This document shows, piece after piece, positions 49,547 to 61,510 of a stretch of 64,000 bases of DNA; the first letter of the stretch is position 1, and every line of letters starts with the position of its first letter. Below the pieces are notes generated by a model that was not told where the DNA came from, ran no database searches, and saw only the letters and a program-made list of their open reading frames with translations. Source of the stretch: Clavelina lepadiformis. Taxonomy: Eukaryota. The DNA is taken from positions 13,014,860 through 13,078,859 of the forward strand of contig NC_135244.1 in the NCBI RefSeq assembly GCF_947623445.1. The letters run 5' to 3'. Made by a program: the position numbers and the translations under genes.

Positions 49547-50824
49547 GTATAGCATACTTAACAATTTATGCCAAAATTATAATAAGAAATATATGTAATT
49601 ACTGTCTCTTTAAACAAACAATACTTTTAAGTATGCAATAAGTAATACTGTATTATGTTTCTTGTTTGTTTTGTATTGTTCATCATTGACTATTGGTGTC
49701 ACTGCAACAAGGGATTCACTGTGATTGTTCAGCACAACTAAAGGTTATTTTCTGTAAATAGTCACAGCTTAACCTATTAATGAGCTAGCCTACTGATGTC
49801 TTATTTAAAATATTAGTGACACTATTAATAAAGTGACTGCATTTTTCAATCCTGGTAGCTTAAAGTTTATTATACAATATACAAGCCAAGTAATATTCCA
49901 ATTTATGACAGCAATACTTGAGTATAACTATTGGCATATGTATATATATATTACCATTTAATAAATCTATTTCTTTTTAACGGTTCTTACATACTTAGAT
50001 AACTAATGTGACCCTGACTTGTATTTCTTACATTTTGTATATGTTTTTGTGCATTATTGTTCAGCTGAAAGTTGCTTCCATGCTCTAACTGTAAACTTAT
50101 CTGAACATAGTGGAACTGCTGATGTTATACACCATGAAGTGTCATCAAATCATCATGCTTTCCCCTTATAATTAGGTCCAAAGACCATTTTGTTATTTTT
50201 TTTGCAGATAAGGATAGAATGTGCTTTTGGAACCCATTTAAAAAAAACTCATTTAGTACTAAATTTAATTAGTAAACTTATAAACATTCACTTTGTGACA
50301 TCTTGGAGCGGGACTTTTCAACAGACTGGTTTTAATCAATCAACATATTAATTATGTTAATGTTAATAATTATAATAATTAATATATTTACAAAGTTAAT
50401 AATTATGTACATGTTAATTACGAACCAACATGTATATCATAAAAAGTATTTTCCTTAATATTTAGTAATAATTTATGATCTAAAACTGTCACAACTTAGG
50501 TTTAGGATAATAATAATAACAGATTACAAGTTGATGTGATATTTGTTTATGATATATAGTGAAAAAATCTTCAATGTGCTATGTCATACCATGTTGATCT
50601 AGCCCGATGTGATGATAGGCTATTTGATTTTGTTACATTGTGTGTATACTTGCCTTGGTTTAGTTTGGCTGTTCTTTATCAGCACATTGCGCAAATATGG
50701 TAAAGCTTAGTATGTAGTGATGTTTATATTATGGCTCTTTATTCAACTATATGGTTTATTTATTTATACATATAATGTTTTAGCTTTGTGTTTTACTTCT
50801 CAGTAAATGATTTGTTTTTTGTAG

Positions 50825-50886
50825 GAATCATACCTGATGAATCGGTGGCAATGCAATTTATTGCTCCAGCGAATGCAGCAGGCAGT
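50825..50886 (+). CDS. SREK1: SREK1-like exon 3 (IIPDESVAMQFIAPANAAGS)
   Basis: Acceptor ttttttgtag|, donor AGT|gtgagt. Matches VIPDEAKALSLLAPANAVAG. Confidence 0.75.
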
Positions 50887-51731
50887 GTGAGTGTTATTTA
50901 TTCATAACATGTTAAAATTAGGTATGGGGTGAACATATTGCTGAATTAGGAATACAGTACTATATATTACTGCAAAACTGTTTCTATTGTCAAATTGATT
51001 TCATTTTTGATACATATGTCACCCACCATCCTAATATGGTAAAAATTAAAACAATAATTTAACTTACAATCAAAAGATCCACAACAATAGAAAACGTATG
51101 TATCTATTTTCCATGTATACTGTCAAATTTGACCACCTTATCATGTAGTTGGTTGCTTTGCTTGGATTTGATAGAAAGCAGAGTTGGCCAACTTGTCCCC
51201 AAGTTTGAACGTTCACTAATGAAGTCATGTCATATGCTATAACTATACCTGAAGCAAGCATGATGAAAAGACACCATATTTAATATTGCCGCAAACTGAT
51301 GTTTACACAACCGATTTTTATTTTCAACAAGCACTCATAAATAAATTTTATGAGGTAAATAAACATGATAATCCACATTGCGGTTGAAAAGCAAGTGATT
51401 GTGGTCCAGACTTTAAAGTTTCTATCTGGAACTAGATTGCATGTAACAGGTAGAAAAATTTGGAACTTTTAAGCAGTCGTTGTGTAGCTTAGGCAGCCTT
51501 GTTACGTAACTGGTCATCACCCAATGTTTTACTGATTAACTGTAACAACTAATAATTACTATTTATTTATCACATGAGCTTCCTTTGTTTAGCATATGGT
51601 TTCCAATTTTAAGTTATTTTTTATTTGTTACTTTTATGAGAAAATCTTAGTTTTCATAACCTTAATCTTTTGGTTACAGTGTATCATAAAATTTGGTCTG
51701 TGTCTCTGTTATTATTGTTAAAATTACTTTA

Positions 51732-51803
51732 GGGTGGAAGCATGGATCCAGCCAAGCTAGACGAAATAAGACGGACAATTTATGTTGGAAATCTTGATTC
51801 AAA
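51732..51803 (+). CDS. SREK1: SREK1-like exon 4 (GGSMDPAKLDEIRRTIYVGNLDSK)
   Basis: Acceptor tactttag|, donor AAG|gtagta. Matches GNVDPSKIDEIRRTVYVGNLNSQ. Confidence 0.8.
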
Positions 51804-52249
51804 GGTAGTAGTCTTATTTCTTTTTATCGCGATTTGTCAAGCATGCAACATGTTTGTTATACAATATTTCCAAAGTTTCTGTAGGGTATTATTAACTTTT
51901 TGTATAATTCACTTACTGTAAATATATTGATTTTCAGTCTGATCATTTCCTTAGGAACATCATTTCACTCCAGCTTTGTTATGTCTTTTAACACTATCAA
52001 AGTCACAACTTGTATATTTCCTGTAAGCAAAAAGGCACAGGCCTGAAACCATATCGTAATTGTAGGGAGATGGTAATGCGTTGCAGCCAAAAGTTAAGCA
52101 TTTAAGTTTGGGTTGGTACTTTAATAGTTTACGGGATAACAGTAGTGTAAACAAATTACTTGGCCTTGATTGAATTAATCATCAAAAGTCAAAATATTTA
52201 TTTTTCATTTTGTTGTATGTGCTTGTTATGTAACCTTTTGAACCTTCAG

Positions 52250-52428
52250 ACTGCTACCGCGGAACAACTTATGTCTTTTTTCTCCACTTGTGGTGAAGTG
52301 AAGTTTGTTCGAATGGCTGGTGATGAAACTCAGCCAACTCGATTTGCATTTGTAGAGTTTGCAGATGTGGAGAATGTGCAAAAGGCCATACAACTAAATG
52401 GTGTTCTTTTTGGAGAACGTCCATTAAA
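52250..52428 (+). CDS. SREK1: SREK1-like exon 5, RRM (TATAEQLMSFFSTCGEVKFVRMAGDETQPTRFAFVEFADVENVQKAIQLNGVLFGERPLK)
   Basis: Acceptor ccttcag|, donor AA|gtaagg. KFVRMAGDETQPTRFAFVEFAD is identical to human SREK1. Confidence 0.9.
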
Positions 52429-52686
52429 GTAAGGCAAATTACTTTACTTTAAGTTTCTTATCATTAAAAGTAAGAAAATTACTTTTTAATTTAACTTTTT
52501 TAGCAATTTTCTAACATAACTAATCATATGAAAGTAACATTATAATCATCAATTTACATTTAATTAGTTATGTTTTCTAATAAACAACAATTCATTCAAC
52601 ACTAGCATCATGCTAAGCTTGTAGTAAATATATTTTCTATTTCAATGCCCGTAAACTTAACTATATAACCACTTTGGCATACACAG

Positions 52687-52829
52687 GATAAATCACTCAA
52701 ACAATGCCATCGTAAAACCTCCTGGTAAAAATCAGGATGCAACGTCACGTGAAATAGATGAGGCTATGCGACGAGTTCGTGAAGCACAGTCTTTAATTTC
52801 AAAAGCTTTGGAACCTGATCGTAAATCAA
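52687..52829 (+). CDS. SREK1: SREK1-like exon 6 (K-INHSNNAIVKPPGKNQDATSREIDEAMRRVREAQSLISKALEPDRKS)
   Basis: Acceptor acacag|, donor A|gtatgt. Matches KINHSNNAIVKPPE...MKRVREAQSFISAAIEP. Confidence 0.85.
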
Positions 52830-52935
52830 GTATGTTTTATGAATTAAACTTAATAATTGTTTTTATTATAGTTCCACGAAAACGTAAGGAAGTTTACGGT
52901 TTTGATTGCAAATTTGACTTGAATTACTATTGTAG

Positions 52936-53071
52936 CCCGAAAAAGGTCTCGCAGTCGATCTCGCTCAAGGCATCGGCGCCATCGATCACGCAGTAGGGAT
53001 AGATCACGCCGTCGTAGATCACGTTCCAGATCCCACGGAAGATCTCGTCGATCCAGATCTAAAGATCGAAG
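52936..53071 (+). CDS. SREK1: SREK1-like exon 7, RS domain (RKRSRSRSRSRHRRHRSRSRDRSRRRRSRSRSHGRSRRSRSKDRR)
   Basis: Acceptor tattgtag|, donor AG|gtagct. The alternative acceptor at 52871 runs into a stop, so 52936 is preferred. Confidence 0.7.
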
Positions 53072-53159
53072 GTAGCTCATAACTTCTAAAACTACTTATA
53101 TGTTTCTGGGAGAACAATGGTTGCCATATCGTCACTTGCTTTGTCTTGTGCATTTGCAG

Positions 53160-53261
53160 AAGAAGCCGGCGGAGTAGAAGTCGAAGTAGGGACAGACGAC
53201 GCAGAAAATCAAGATCGCGTTCACCACGTCGAAGATCCAGCTCACGTTCGCCAAACAAAAA
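53160..53261 (+). CDS. SREK1: SREK1-like exon 8, RS domain (RRSRRSRSRSRDRRRRKSRSRSPRRRSSSRSPNK)
   Basis: Acceptor catttgcag|, donor AA|gtgaat. Read-through would end as ...PNKK* 5 nt later, so a short isoform is possible. Confidence 0.65.
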
Positions 53262-53419
53262 GTGAATCATCATGCTTAGTTTAGTTGGAGATTGTGTGGA
53301 ACAATAGCCATAGGTTCCACGTGTCTTATAATTATACAATCCAAGAATCTGTATGAGTTCATTCATTTAATTAGCGATTTTGTACTTCATGTTTTCATTC
53401 TGCTTATATTGGTTATCAG

Positions 53420-53579
53420 GGGTCACCGAAAAGATCGCAAACGTGAAAAAGATCATAAACGCAGCAGTAAACATAGAGAACGCAGCAAGAATACATCGGA
53501 TAATGAAAGTGTAGAGGAGAAAAGTGAGAACAAGAAACCCTCTCAAAATGGAAACGGCGTGGTAGAAGCTAGTACCTAA
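53420..53579 (+). CDS. SREK1: SREK1-like exon 9, terminal (K-GHRKDRKREKDHKRSSKHRERSKNTSDNESVEEKSENKKPSQNGNGVVEAST*)
   Basis: Acceptor ggttatcag|, stop TAA 53577-53579. The nine exons sum to 1104 nt (367 aa) with all intron phases consistent. Confidence 0.7.
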
Positions 53580-54453
53580 CTGCCGCAGACAACAAAGTTG
53601 GAAAAGCAATCTTCATTGTGTACTGCCGGCTGGCTCATTTTACAAAATACGCTTCAACCCAGTTCGTTCTAGCCAAAATCGAAACTGGTTGATATGTTGT
53701 ATATAGTCATGACATTACTTAACAATTTTTCTCTTTTGCACTGCTTTAGTGTTTGAGGACTGTCATTTCAAATGAACCTTTTTTTGAAAAATTGCTAGTG
53801 TGCTTAGTATCTATCTAGTATCCGATTCTCGGCATAACACAGAACAAGCAAGTCTGAGATAACCATACCATAAATTTATAGAACCACTAAATTCCAATTT
53901 TTAGTCCAGCGATAAATGACGGGCTTGGCAGATCGTGACCCTAAGGATTAACACGCACTGTGGTTGGTTTCAGTGTACAAGTATTCGAAATTAGAATTGT
54001 GTTTCAGCTGTTTGGCGAATGATAAACGCACGTTTTTAATACATCAAAGTGAACACATGAACTGTTCAGTGTTTGAATATAGAAAGTATATTTAATGAGG
54101 TTCAGGTTGCAAGTGGTTATAATAGTCAGACCCATGAGTACTGTTGGTCGATAAATGTACAAGCCACACAATTTCTATTAACCAGTCTGGTTTATTTATT
54201 CTTTTCAGTTATTTCATCAACGATCACTGAGACTTCATAGTTGTTGGAATTAATTTTATGTAACAGATGCAAGCCTTTTGAAGTTATGGCACAAACATAT
54301 TTAAAAATTCATTAATATACGATATATGTAAATTCTATAATTAGAACATAAAATGAAACTTATATACATATTGCCACCACAAAATTGCTCTTCTAGCAAG
54401 CCCGCACAAATAATGATAGAAACAATATAACTCAAATAACTATTGCATCGTGT

Positions 54454-54595
54454 TTATGATTTCTGACTGTAAGAAGAAGAAACGCCAGTGGTTGGAGCTA
54501 CACGCAAAGCTTGTTTTGACAACTGGTTGTCTGACAGAACACCAATTGCCCCATAGATTTCCTTCATCATCAGCAAAACTGTATCTTCGCTATTC
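54454..54595 (-). CDS. DDHD2: DDHD2-like terminal exon (W-NSEDTVLLMMKEIYGAIGVLSDNQLSKQALRVAPTTGVSSSYSQKS*)
   Basis: Acceptor ttttttgtag|, stop TAA 54454-54456. Matches WESEDTVLLVLKEIYQTQG. Confidence 0.8.
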
Positions 54596-54969
54596 CTACA
54601 AAAAATAGTTTCTGTTGTCAGCATTCACATATCTTCATTTATTTATCATTGTCGCATACAACAGTGGTTCCCAACCGCCAGTCCGCGTAATTTTTTTGCC
54701 GGTCCGCAAACTATCTTGCTTGCTGCCTAGCTAGTATTGATATGAAATCATAAGTATTGATATGAAATCATAAGCATTGCAAAGTTTGTTACTCCCTGTA
54801 AAACTGGCGTATCTCGCCTTCGTTGATACAGTAAAGTCGTAAATGCAACGAACAAACTTTGGCTAACAAAAAGATTACACATATCTGTTCTATTCACTAC
54901 GAGCTTGATTTATTTCCAGAAATGTGTGTTAAAAATTTGGTCCACTTACTGATACATACTAGAACTTAC

Positions 54970-55114
54970 CAGTAGCACAAGTGACTTTGAAATGCAAATA
55001 AATAGTCGTTGAAACTTTCCAAGGGTCTCTCTTGAAGAACATAGTCAATTCTTTTACCATCATTCAACTTTCCAAAACCCATATCTTCCAGTATAGAATC
55101 GGAAGCTGCAGACG
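54970..55114 (-). CDS. DDHD2: DDHD2-like exon, DDHD domain end ([49 protein letters not shown])
   Basis: Acceptor ttcattcag|, donor TG|gtaagt. Near-identical to human [30 protein letters not shown]. Confidence 0.85.
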
Positions 55115-55453
55115 CTGAATGAAAACGGAATCATTGATATGGCCGCCCACATAACTCCAAATTAATATGATCAACACGGGCCAAAATCAAAAGTATCAGA
55201 ATAACACCAAAGGCATAATTGTAAATTGCTTTCATGGATATATTTAGATCATTTTGAACCTACCCTGGTACTGATATTATTGTATTAATTTTTATTGATA
55301 AAAATGCATCCCCATCGATATCTTACTTAAAAGGGTCACATGATATACAGATATGTTTAAAAAATCGGTTTTAACAATTTAATTTAATTTTAAAGTAATA
55401 ATTTGTAGGCAGTCATCTTAGAAGTTGCAACAAAGTTTTATCATGAATGGAAC

Positions 55454-55532
55454 CTGTTTCATCGGCATCAACAGTATGACTTTGTTGTTCACTAATTATT
55501 TGCTCTGTCATACTTTTTACCTCTTCCTCGAC
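55454..55532 (-). CDS. DDHD2: DDHD2-like exon (VEEEVKSMTEQIISEQQSHTVDADET)
   Basis: Acceptor attttcag|, donor ACAG|gttcca. Acidic linker as in the human protein. Read-through would terminate at ...LLR*, but splicing to the next exon restores the conserved C-terminus. Confidence 0.6.
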
Positions 55533-55641
55533 CTGAAAATAACCATCAAATAAGAGCATTAATTGTCTTTCTGTCCATGTAACCTTAAATAAACTGGAAA
55601 CACATGTATTGTTGCACGATAACGATATTTCAAAAACTCAC

Positions 55642-55772
55642 TTCAGCGTTTTGCTGTGCTTGACTCCAGTGAGACTGCGCAAACTTTTGCATACTACCAA
55701 TGGCTAACCGCACAGACCTCATAATACCTTGTTTCAGTTCCTGACCCATTCGACCCAGGCTCTCCTTTAGTT
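55642..55772 (-). CDS. DDHD2: DDHD2-like exon (E-LKESLGRMGQELKQGIMRSVRLAIGSMQKFAQSHWSQAQQNAE)
   Basis: Acceptor atttgcag|, donor GAA|gtgagt. Matches [28 protein letters not shown]. Confidence 0.75.
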
Positions 55773-55984
55773 CTGCAAATCAAAAACTAAAACTAATCAG
55801 TCATTAAAGATATAACTAAAAATCAAGGAGGCATATTACACGGTTCTAACCAGGTTATTTGTTTGTATTTTTAGTGAGGAGCTGAGTTGCATGAACATAA
55901 CAACAGAGATGACACAGTGCAGAAATTAACATCATAAGTAATCATAACTAACCAACAATTTTATTGTTTCAACCTTTCACTAAC

Positions 55985-56087
55985 CAAGATGCAGGCGTTT
56001 TCTTCCCTTATAATGAGGAACCTGTACTGGTTTCAAGTTGCATTCTGGATTAATGAGGGGTTCTATTCTGTAAGCTACAGGATCAAA
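55985..56087 (-). CDS. DDHD2: DDHD2-like exon (FDPVAYRIEPLINPECNLKPVQVPHYKGRKRLHL)
   Basis: Acceptor tatattgcag|, donor G|gttagt. Matches FDPVAYRIEPMV...PMLIPHHKGRKRMHLEL. Confidence 0.85.
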
Positions 56088-56296
56088 CTGCAATATATTA
56101 TAAATTTTTTTGGGCTTGCATAATACCTAATAAGGATGTGTAATATCTACTACACACACCTCAAAGTGAATGTCAAAACTTGATTAAATTATGTAACAAA
56201 GATAAAGATTAGTGGTTTGAAATACTGGTAAACAATTTCTCTTAATACCTACTGGTATTTGCCTTTAGCTTAAAGTTAATGACGTAAATTACTCAC

Positions 56297-56385
56297 AGGA
56301 TGAAAAACGTTGATGAAGTTTTGACAGGTTGGAAGAAAGAAGTCTTCACCAAGTTCAGCAATACCTCTAACAGTGAGGAACATGC
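56297..56385 (-). CDS. DDHD2: DDHD2-like exon (G-MFLTVRGIAELGEDFFLPTCQNFINVFHP)
   Basis: Acceptor tttgaatag|, donor CCT|gtgagt. Matches [29 protein letters not shown]. Confidence 0.8.
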
Positions 56386-57302
56386 CTATTCAAACAAAAC
56401 CGGAAATAAAGAGGCCGTCAAACAGGGAAAACTAAGATCTCTGTGATTTTGTTGGAGTCTTACATAGGGCTTTAGAAAACCTGTTTAGACCAATCAGAAG
56501 GCAGCATGGTTGGTGTTATTTTCTAGTCTGGGAATTACCCTAGCAGTCAGCGTGCTTTAATGTCCTAGGTCACGTACAGAATTAGGCTAAAATTGGGTTT
56601 TTAAACCAAAAATTCTGGTGTAGATTTTGTGATTCTGCACACTGGATGCGATTGCGTCACCAAACAGCAACACAGTCGCATGGCATGGTCAACCACACAC
56701 ATTCGCAGTTGTCTGCATGTTGAATGTATCAATAATTAATCGTATTCACAGGTGATGATAACTACGTTAAGCGACACAAGGATTTGGCCAACAAACCTGA
56801 TACTGTAATGCAATCGAAATGTCAAGTCTCACAATTAGCTAGCCAACTTTCATTTTCCAGTTTAGCTACAAGCTTGTGCATTTGTTACCTTATCATCATA
56901 TACTTAGACTACGTGGACCAAACTGAAATCCATGTGTTTGGCAACTTAGTTACTCAATAAAAGCCTGTAACGCCATCTTTCAACTTATATAACTTCATCT
57001 AGTACAGTTCTATGTTGTCTTAAGAATTACTATCCCAAGCATGACAAATGACCAACTACATTGTTTGAATTATATTGTGGTGTGAAAAAACAAACATGTT
57101 TGTTCCTGTGCGATTGCTGGTAAATGCGCTGACGTGCCCAATGATGTTTAGTGTACAGAGAAAATTGTATTCATTGAAACACAGACTGCTAAAGTTAGGT
57201 CAGATGATATTTTTCGTGTGAATCGCATCCAGTGTGCAGGCACACTACTGGTATATAGGTTAGCATGGTTTCATTTATGTTTTACAATTACAAAATTACA
57301 AC

Positions 57303-57453
57303 CTATAGGTGATCCTAATGCGAACAGAACTTGAGGAGAGAAGTCCAGCTTAGGATAGCATACAGCTGGTTGGCCCGTTCCACTGTCAAACTGTTGGAAA
57401 TCAACATGCACGTTGGTAGCAAAGGATAAGAAGTTGCCAGCGTCGAATTCCTC
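57303..57453 (-). CDS. DDHD2: DDHD2-like exon, DDHD domain start (EEFDAGNFLSFATNVHVDFQQFDSGTGQPAVCYPKLDFSPQVLFALGSPIG)
   Basis: Acceptor catatag|, donor G|gttgta. Matches PRLIYKPEIFFAFGSPIG. Confidence 0.7.
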
Positions 57454-57639
57454 CTATATGTATGATATGTAAAGCAAAAGGTTGAACACATTTATGAAAA
57501 ATGGGTACCACAATAAAATGCAGGTAACTGAAAAGAACACTCACACTTAGGCAACTCTTAAGATCAAGATCACAGTGTTTTGGTTTGAATTGACCATGGC
57601 CAATGACCTAAGAATAACAAGTTTCACGGAATGTTTTAC

Positions 57640-57825
57640 CTCTGCTTTGGAAGGGATACTTTGTGTATTATCTTCCTTCAGTGCAGCAAAGACACTTTGC
57701 TGTATTTGTTCTTGCTCTTGATAATTTTTCTCCTTCTCTTGCTTTTGTTTAAGGAAGCTCAATAGTTTTTTCCTTGGCCCTAATGGCAACCCAATATCTT
57801 TAAAATCACTCTCAGTGCACATGAC
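57640..57825 (-). CDS. DDHD2: DDHD2-like exon, SAM domain (VMCTESDFKDIGLPLGPRKKLLSFLKQKQEKEKNYQEQEQIQQSVFAALKEDNTQSIPSKAE)
   Basis: Acceptor ttttacttgcag|, donor GAG|gtaaaa. Matches [25 protein letters not shown]. Confidence 0.8.
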
Positions 57826-58270
57826 CTGCAAGTAAAATACATGATCAAATAATATTATGAGTGAGTATTATATTACATTGAAACCTCAATTGACATAGTT
57901 TACGGACCAGTTACGCTCGTTTTTGGTTAAAATATGGGATTAGCATGCCTAATTGACCTACCAATGCAGACCTAGAGCCCTTTGTGTCAGTTTGATTGGC
58001 CCACACTTTCAATCAGAAATTACCTTTAGCAAAGATATCACCAAATTGGAAAAATGTACCCCAACAATAGTTCAACAAGAGGGTGCAATCTCAAAGATGT
58101 CATAATACAAAAAAGTTCATATTCTTTGATTGTGCCTAAAGTACTGCCTAGGGAGTCCCCAAGCCTTTTCAAATTCAAAAATAGTGAAAACATGAAGCAT
58201 CAAGTAATGTTGGGCAAACTCATAAAACTGATTGAAATAAACATATTTAAAAAATATAATTGGCACAAAC

Positions 58271-58530
58271 CAGTGCATCCATGTCAATCTGTTCTGCCTC
58301 AAAGTTTTGTTGGAAGCTCTCAAGGTTTAACTTCTGCAGTAAGCTTTCCAAAGTAATGACTTCCTCTTTATCATGTGATGCTTGTGAAATTTCTATGGCT
58401 CCGTTACTTTGCTTAGGTAGGTCAGACGAGGACTGAGAAAAGGAGGTGTCAAAAGACTCATTTTGTGGAATATTTTTGCTGTTGTCTGATGTGGTTTGGT
58501 GACTTAACAAATCAAACAATATCAATGAAC
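58271..58530 (-). CDS. DDHD2: DDHD2-like exon (G-SLILFDLLSHQ...ESLLQKLNLESFQQNFEAEQIDMDAL; start of the SAM domain)
   Basis: Acceptor ctttttag|, donor CTG|gtttgt. Matches SLILFDILTNQ...[23 protein letters not shown]. Confidence 0.8.
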
Positions 58531-58627
58531 CTAAAAAGCAATTGCGAAAAATCATTCTTTCATTTCCTTCAGAAAAATCAAATCATGACTTGTCAATAAC
58601 AACCATGGTAGGCTATCATATGCTTAC

Positions 58628-58836
58628 CAAGACTATGCCCAATCAATGACACACGTCCTGAAAACGTGGGATTTCTTGTCAAAAATCTGTCATATAAAGC
58701 ATTTATCTCATTGCCAACAGTTTCTGCAATAGTTTGACAATACACCGGACTAGAGTAGAACAATATATCCAATAATGTTTCATTTGTAAAATGGCGCAAT
58801 CTTGAAATACTAGGTAGTGTCAAATGACGAATGTTC
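58628..58836 (-). CDS. DDHD2: DDHD2-like exon with lipase motif GHSLG ([71 protein letters not shown])
   Basis: Acceptor tttttcag|, donor G|gtaagc. Near-identical to human [36 protein letters not shown]...GVSIAGHSLGS. Confidence 0.9.
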
Positions 58837-58901
58837 CTGAAAAACAGATCAACTTTAAGACTACTGAGCATAAAACGTCAACACTAAACGAAATTCCACA
58901 C

Positions 58902-59043
58902 CTGTCAACTCCCGTAGCATCTCCATGAAGAGCTTGATGCCAGTGCACAGGTAAGAATTCTATTCTTTTAGCCTTTTTAGACTCCGCAGCATCTTTGAAG
59001 TGGGACTGTAACAGCTTTAAGTGAATTGATCTAAAGTCGTCCA
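58902..59043 (-). CDS. DDHD2: DDHD2-like exon ([47 protein letters not shown])
   Basis: Acceptor tttaaag|, donor AG|gtgtgg. Matches [45 protein letters not shown]. Confidence 0.8.
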
Positions 59044-61420
59044 CTTTAAATAAAGTAAAACACAGTCAACTTACTGTACAATGTTTCCAGTACTGACAAT
59101 CACTCTTTAATTATGAAAAGAGAATACTAAAATTTTCCAAATTTATGTCAAGTTAAAAAAGTACAGGTGACATAAACTAATCTCTGTTCTATGTTCGCCA
59201 AAAAAAACTTATAAATAAGAGTTATCACACCTGTTACCCTGCTGTTAGCTTGACTTTGTTTGGGGTGATGTCATTGAAAATTTTATCTTTGTAATCCAAC
59301 AACAATTAAAACATGATGTAGTAACTAGTAAGAGCTGTCAGACTGGCAATTTTTTTAGGAAACTTTTGCAAGTGACTGCACAACAACAGCCAAATTAAAG
59401 TTCAATTGCATGGTTGTAATTTGTAAAATTAGCTTCTAAGTGTTGAGGATGTGTTAAAAGACGCAATTTATTTTCGCATCTAGGGATTGGTCAATCAGAA
59501 CCCAAACCCGAGTAGGTTTGCCGAATATCACCTGTGTGAAACATTCGGGTGAACACGAATACTTACAATAGCGAACCCGAATATAATATTACTTATAAAT
59601 GTATTGACTTAGAAAAGAACTGATGATCTATTTTCCTGGCTAAGCTAAACTGGATTCAACATGTCTCAGTAGTTTAATTTTTGTTCCTTCCAAGTCCACA
59701 CAACAGTCAAACTAAAGTTGTCAACTATGCTGCAGGAAAACAGGCAGATAAAACAAAGCTTCGAAATTTGAAATACTTATGTATATTGACAGATTAATCT
59801 CTACTATTACAGTAAAGAGCTTTCACTATACAGTAGAAAACACTATAAAAAAATCTTCAAATTGTATCTGTCATAAATGATGACGATATACAATAAACTT
59901 TCACTATCTTGGCGTTATCATGTATGTAGGTGTGTGTGTCTTGCTGTGTTGCGTTATTTATGCGTCCATTTAGAACTGCTCATCAAGCTGTTTTTAAAAA
60001 TACACTAGCCTAATGTAGTTACTATGTACAAAAATACACCATTCAGCAAATACTGTTATGTAGTTACGTATTTGATTAAGTTTTTTTTGAAGTAAAGGAG
60101 AAATTTGCTTTTTAATACAAATGAAATAGGTAATAGCAAACTGCTAATTCCATACTTCCAATAATATTGTGGGAAAAATCCTTCAGATGTTAAACCTAAA
60201 ACATGACAGATAGAAATCATGTTTTCATGTTACTATATTCTCGAATACAGTGACTTTCGCTTTAACAACTTCAGGGCAAATGCCAAAATTGCACATGCAG
60301 CAGGATTTGCAATACAAGTACCAGTATGGAGTACCATCAAAGAACCAAAATACTTCTTTGAAACAGTACCAATAGTGGTTCTCCCTGACACAAGTACCTT
60401 TTTTGCAAAGTACTGGGACCGTTACCGACGTTACTTTTATACTACCGACTGATCAGCTCTGAATATAAGCGTTACATTTAGCTAAAAATTAGCCAAGAAA
60501 ACGGTTTACGTCTAGACCATGTGTATGGTAGGTGAAATATGTTGCCTAACAATAAAAGGACTATTATGTTAAAGATCAACAAACAAGGCCTTTGGACTAT
60601 GAGCACCAATCAAACAGTATAGGGGGAGTCGCATAAGGATTCACTTTGTGAAATTTTCATTATGGACAAATCAATAAAAATATACAAATTTGTTCAATAT
60701 TAAGACACAAAGCAGATCAGTGATTTCAGTGTTAGTAATTGCTTTCGATGTCATGCACCACCTATGTAAGCAGTACAAATCGCAACAAATCGTTCTTTTA
60801 AAACTAAAATAAAGGTCGCCTACTACTTCGCTTCATTGTTGACAAAAACGAGTTTTGCTTTGCAATTTGGGGATATACAAATTCGATTGCTACCACAAAT
60901 TCACGCATACCTGAAATAACTATCAGCAGTATAAATATATTAACTGTGTTCAAGAAATATCACCGCAAACAAACATTGTAACTCTAGGTGGGGAAAAATG
61001 TACCAATGTAGGTTTTCTAACTAGCCCAATCAACAACTGATGAAAAAAAATGCTGCATTAATGCACACTACCATACTCATGCCCAATAAGATCACAAGTA
61101 CAGAATTTCTGCAGTACCTAAACCGATTAAAGGACATGGTATTTAACGGACACCATGGTGCTGTTTGCATACAAATAACTCATACTTGAAAATAACTGCA
61201 GAATTCTAAGGGTTAATTGTAAGATCTGTTTTAAGCAACTTTTTCGGTAGCAAGGTTCAGAGAAGACAGCTTGCTTAATTCAGCCTAAAGAAACACAATC
61301 CAATATATTTTCCGTGATATTTGTTCCATAATAAATTGTGAGCTTCAGATTACAGAATTCCAAAAAGTCAAGATTGTATTGCTAGTCTGTACTTATTTAT
61401 ATAAAATTTTAAAAACCTAC

Positions 61421-61510
61421 CACATTCAACGATGCTGCGTGAACGAAGATCACACACAGGTCCAACCCCATGGCAGACAAAAATAATATGATCAGGTAAA
61501 CCACTTTCAC
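61421..61510 (-). CDS. DDHD2: DDHD2-like exon ([29 protein letters not shown])
   Basis: Acceptor aattttctag|, donor G|gtaggt. Matches [25 protein letters not shown]. Joins in phase to the next exon giving ...SIVEC-V-DDFRS. Confidence 0.75.

Noticed and set aside
52160-52432. ORF-track start positions (e.g. 46362, 52160, 59044, 57831)
   Set aside because: These 'M' residues are TTG or GTG codons under a bacterial start table, not real initiators. Real boundaries are splice sites (52250 acceptor) or a downstream ATG (46368).
52850-53080. ORF-track minus-strand ORF rich in R/D/L (MSYLRSLDLDRRDL...)
   Set aside because: It is the antisense reading of the SREK1 RS-domain exon. AGA/CGN/TCN codons read backwards give RDL-rich ORFs.
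55420-55453. Apparent C-terminus VEEEV...HDKTLLQLLR* of the DDHD2-like protein by read-through
   Set aside because: A GT donor after ...ADET (55454) splices in phase to two further exons encoding the conserved [23 protein letters not shown] end, so the read-through stop is intronic.
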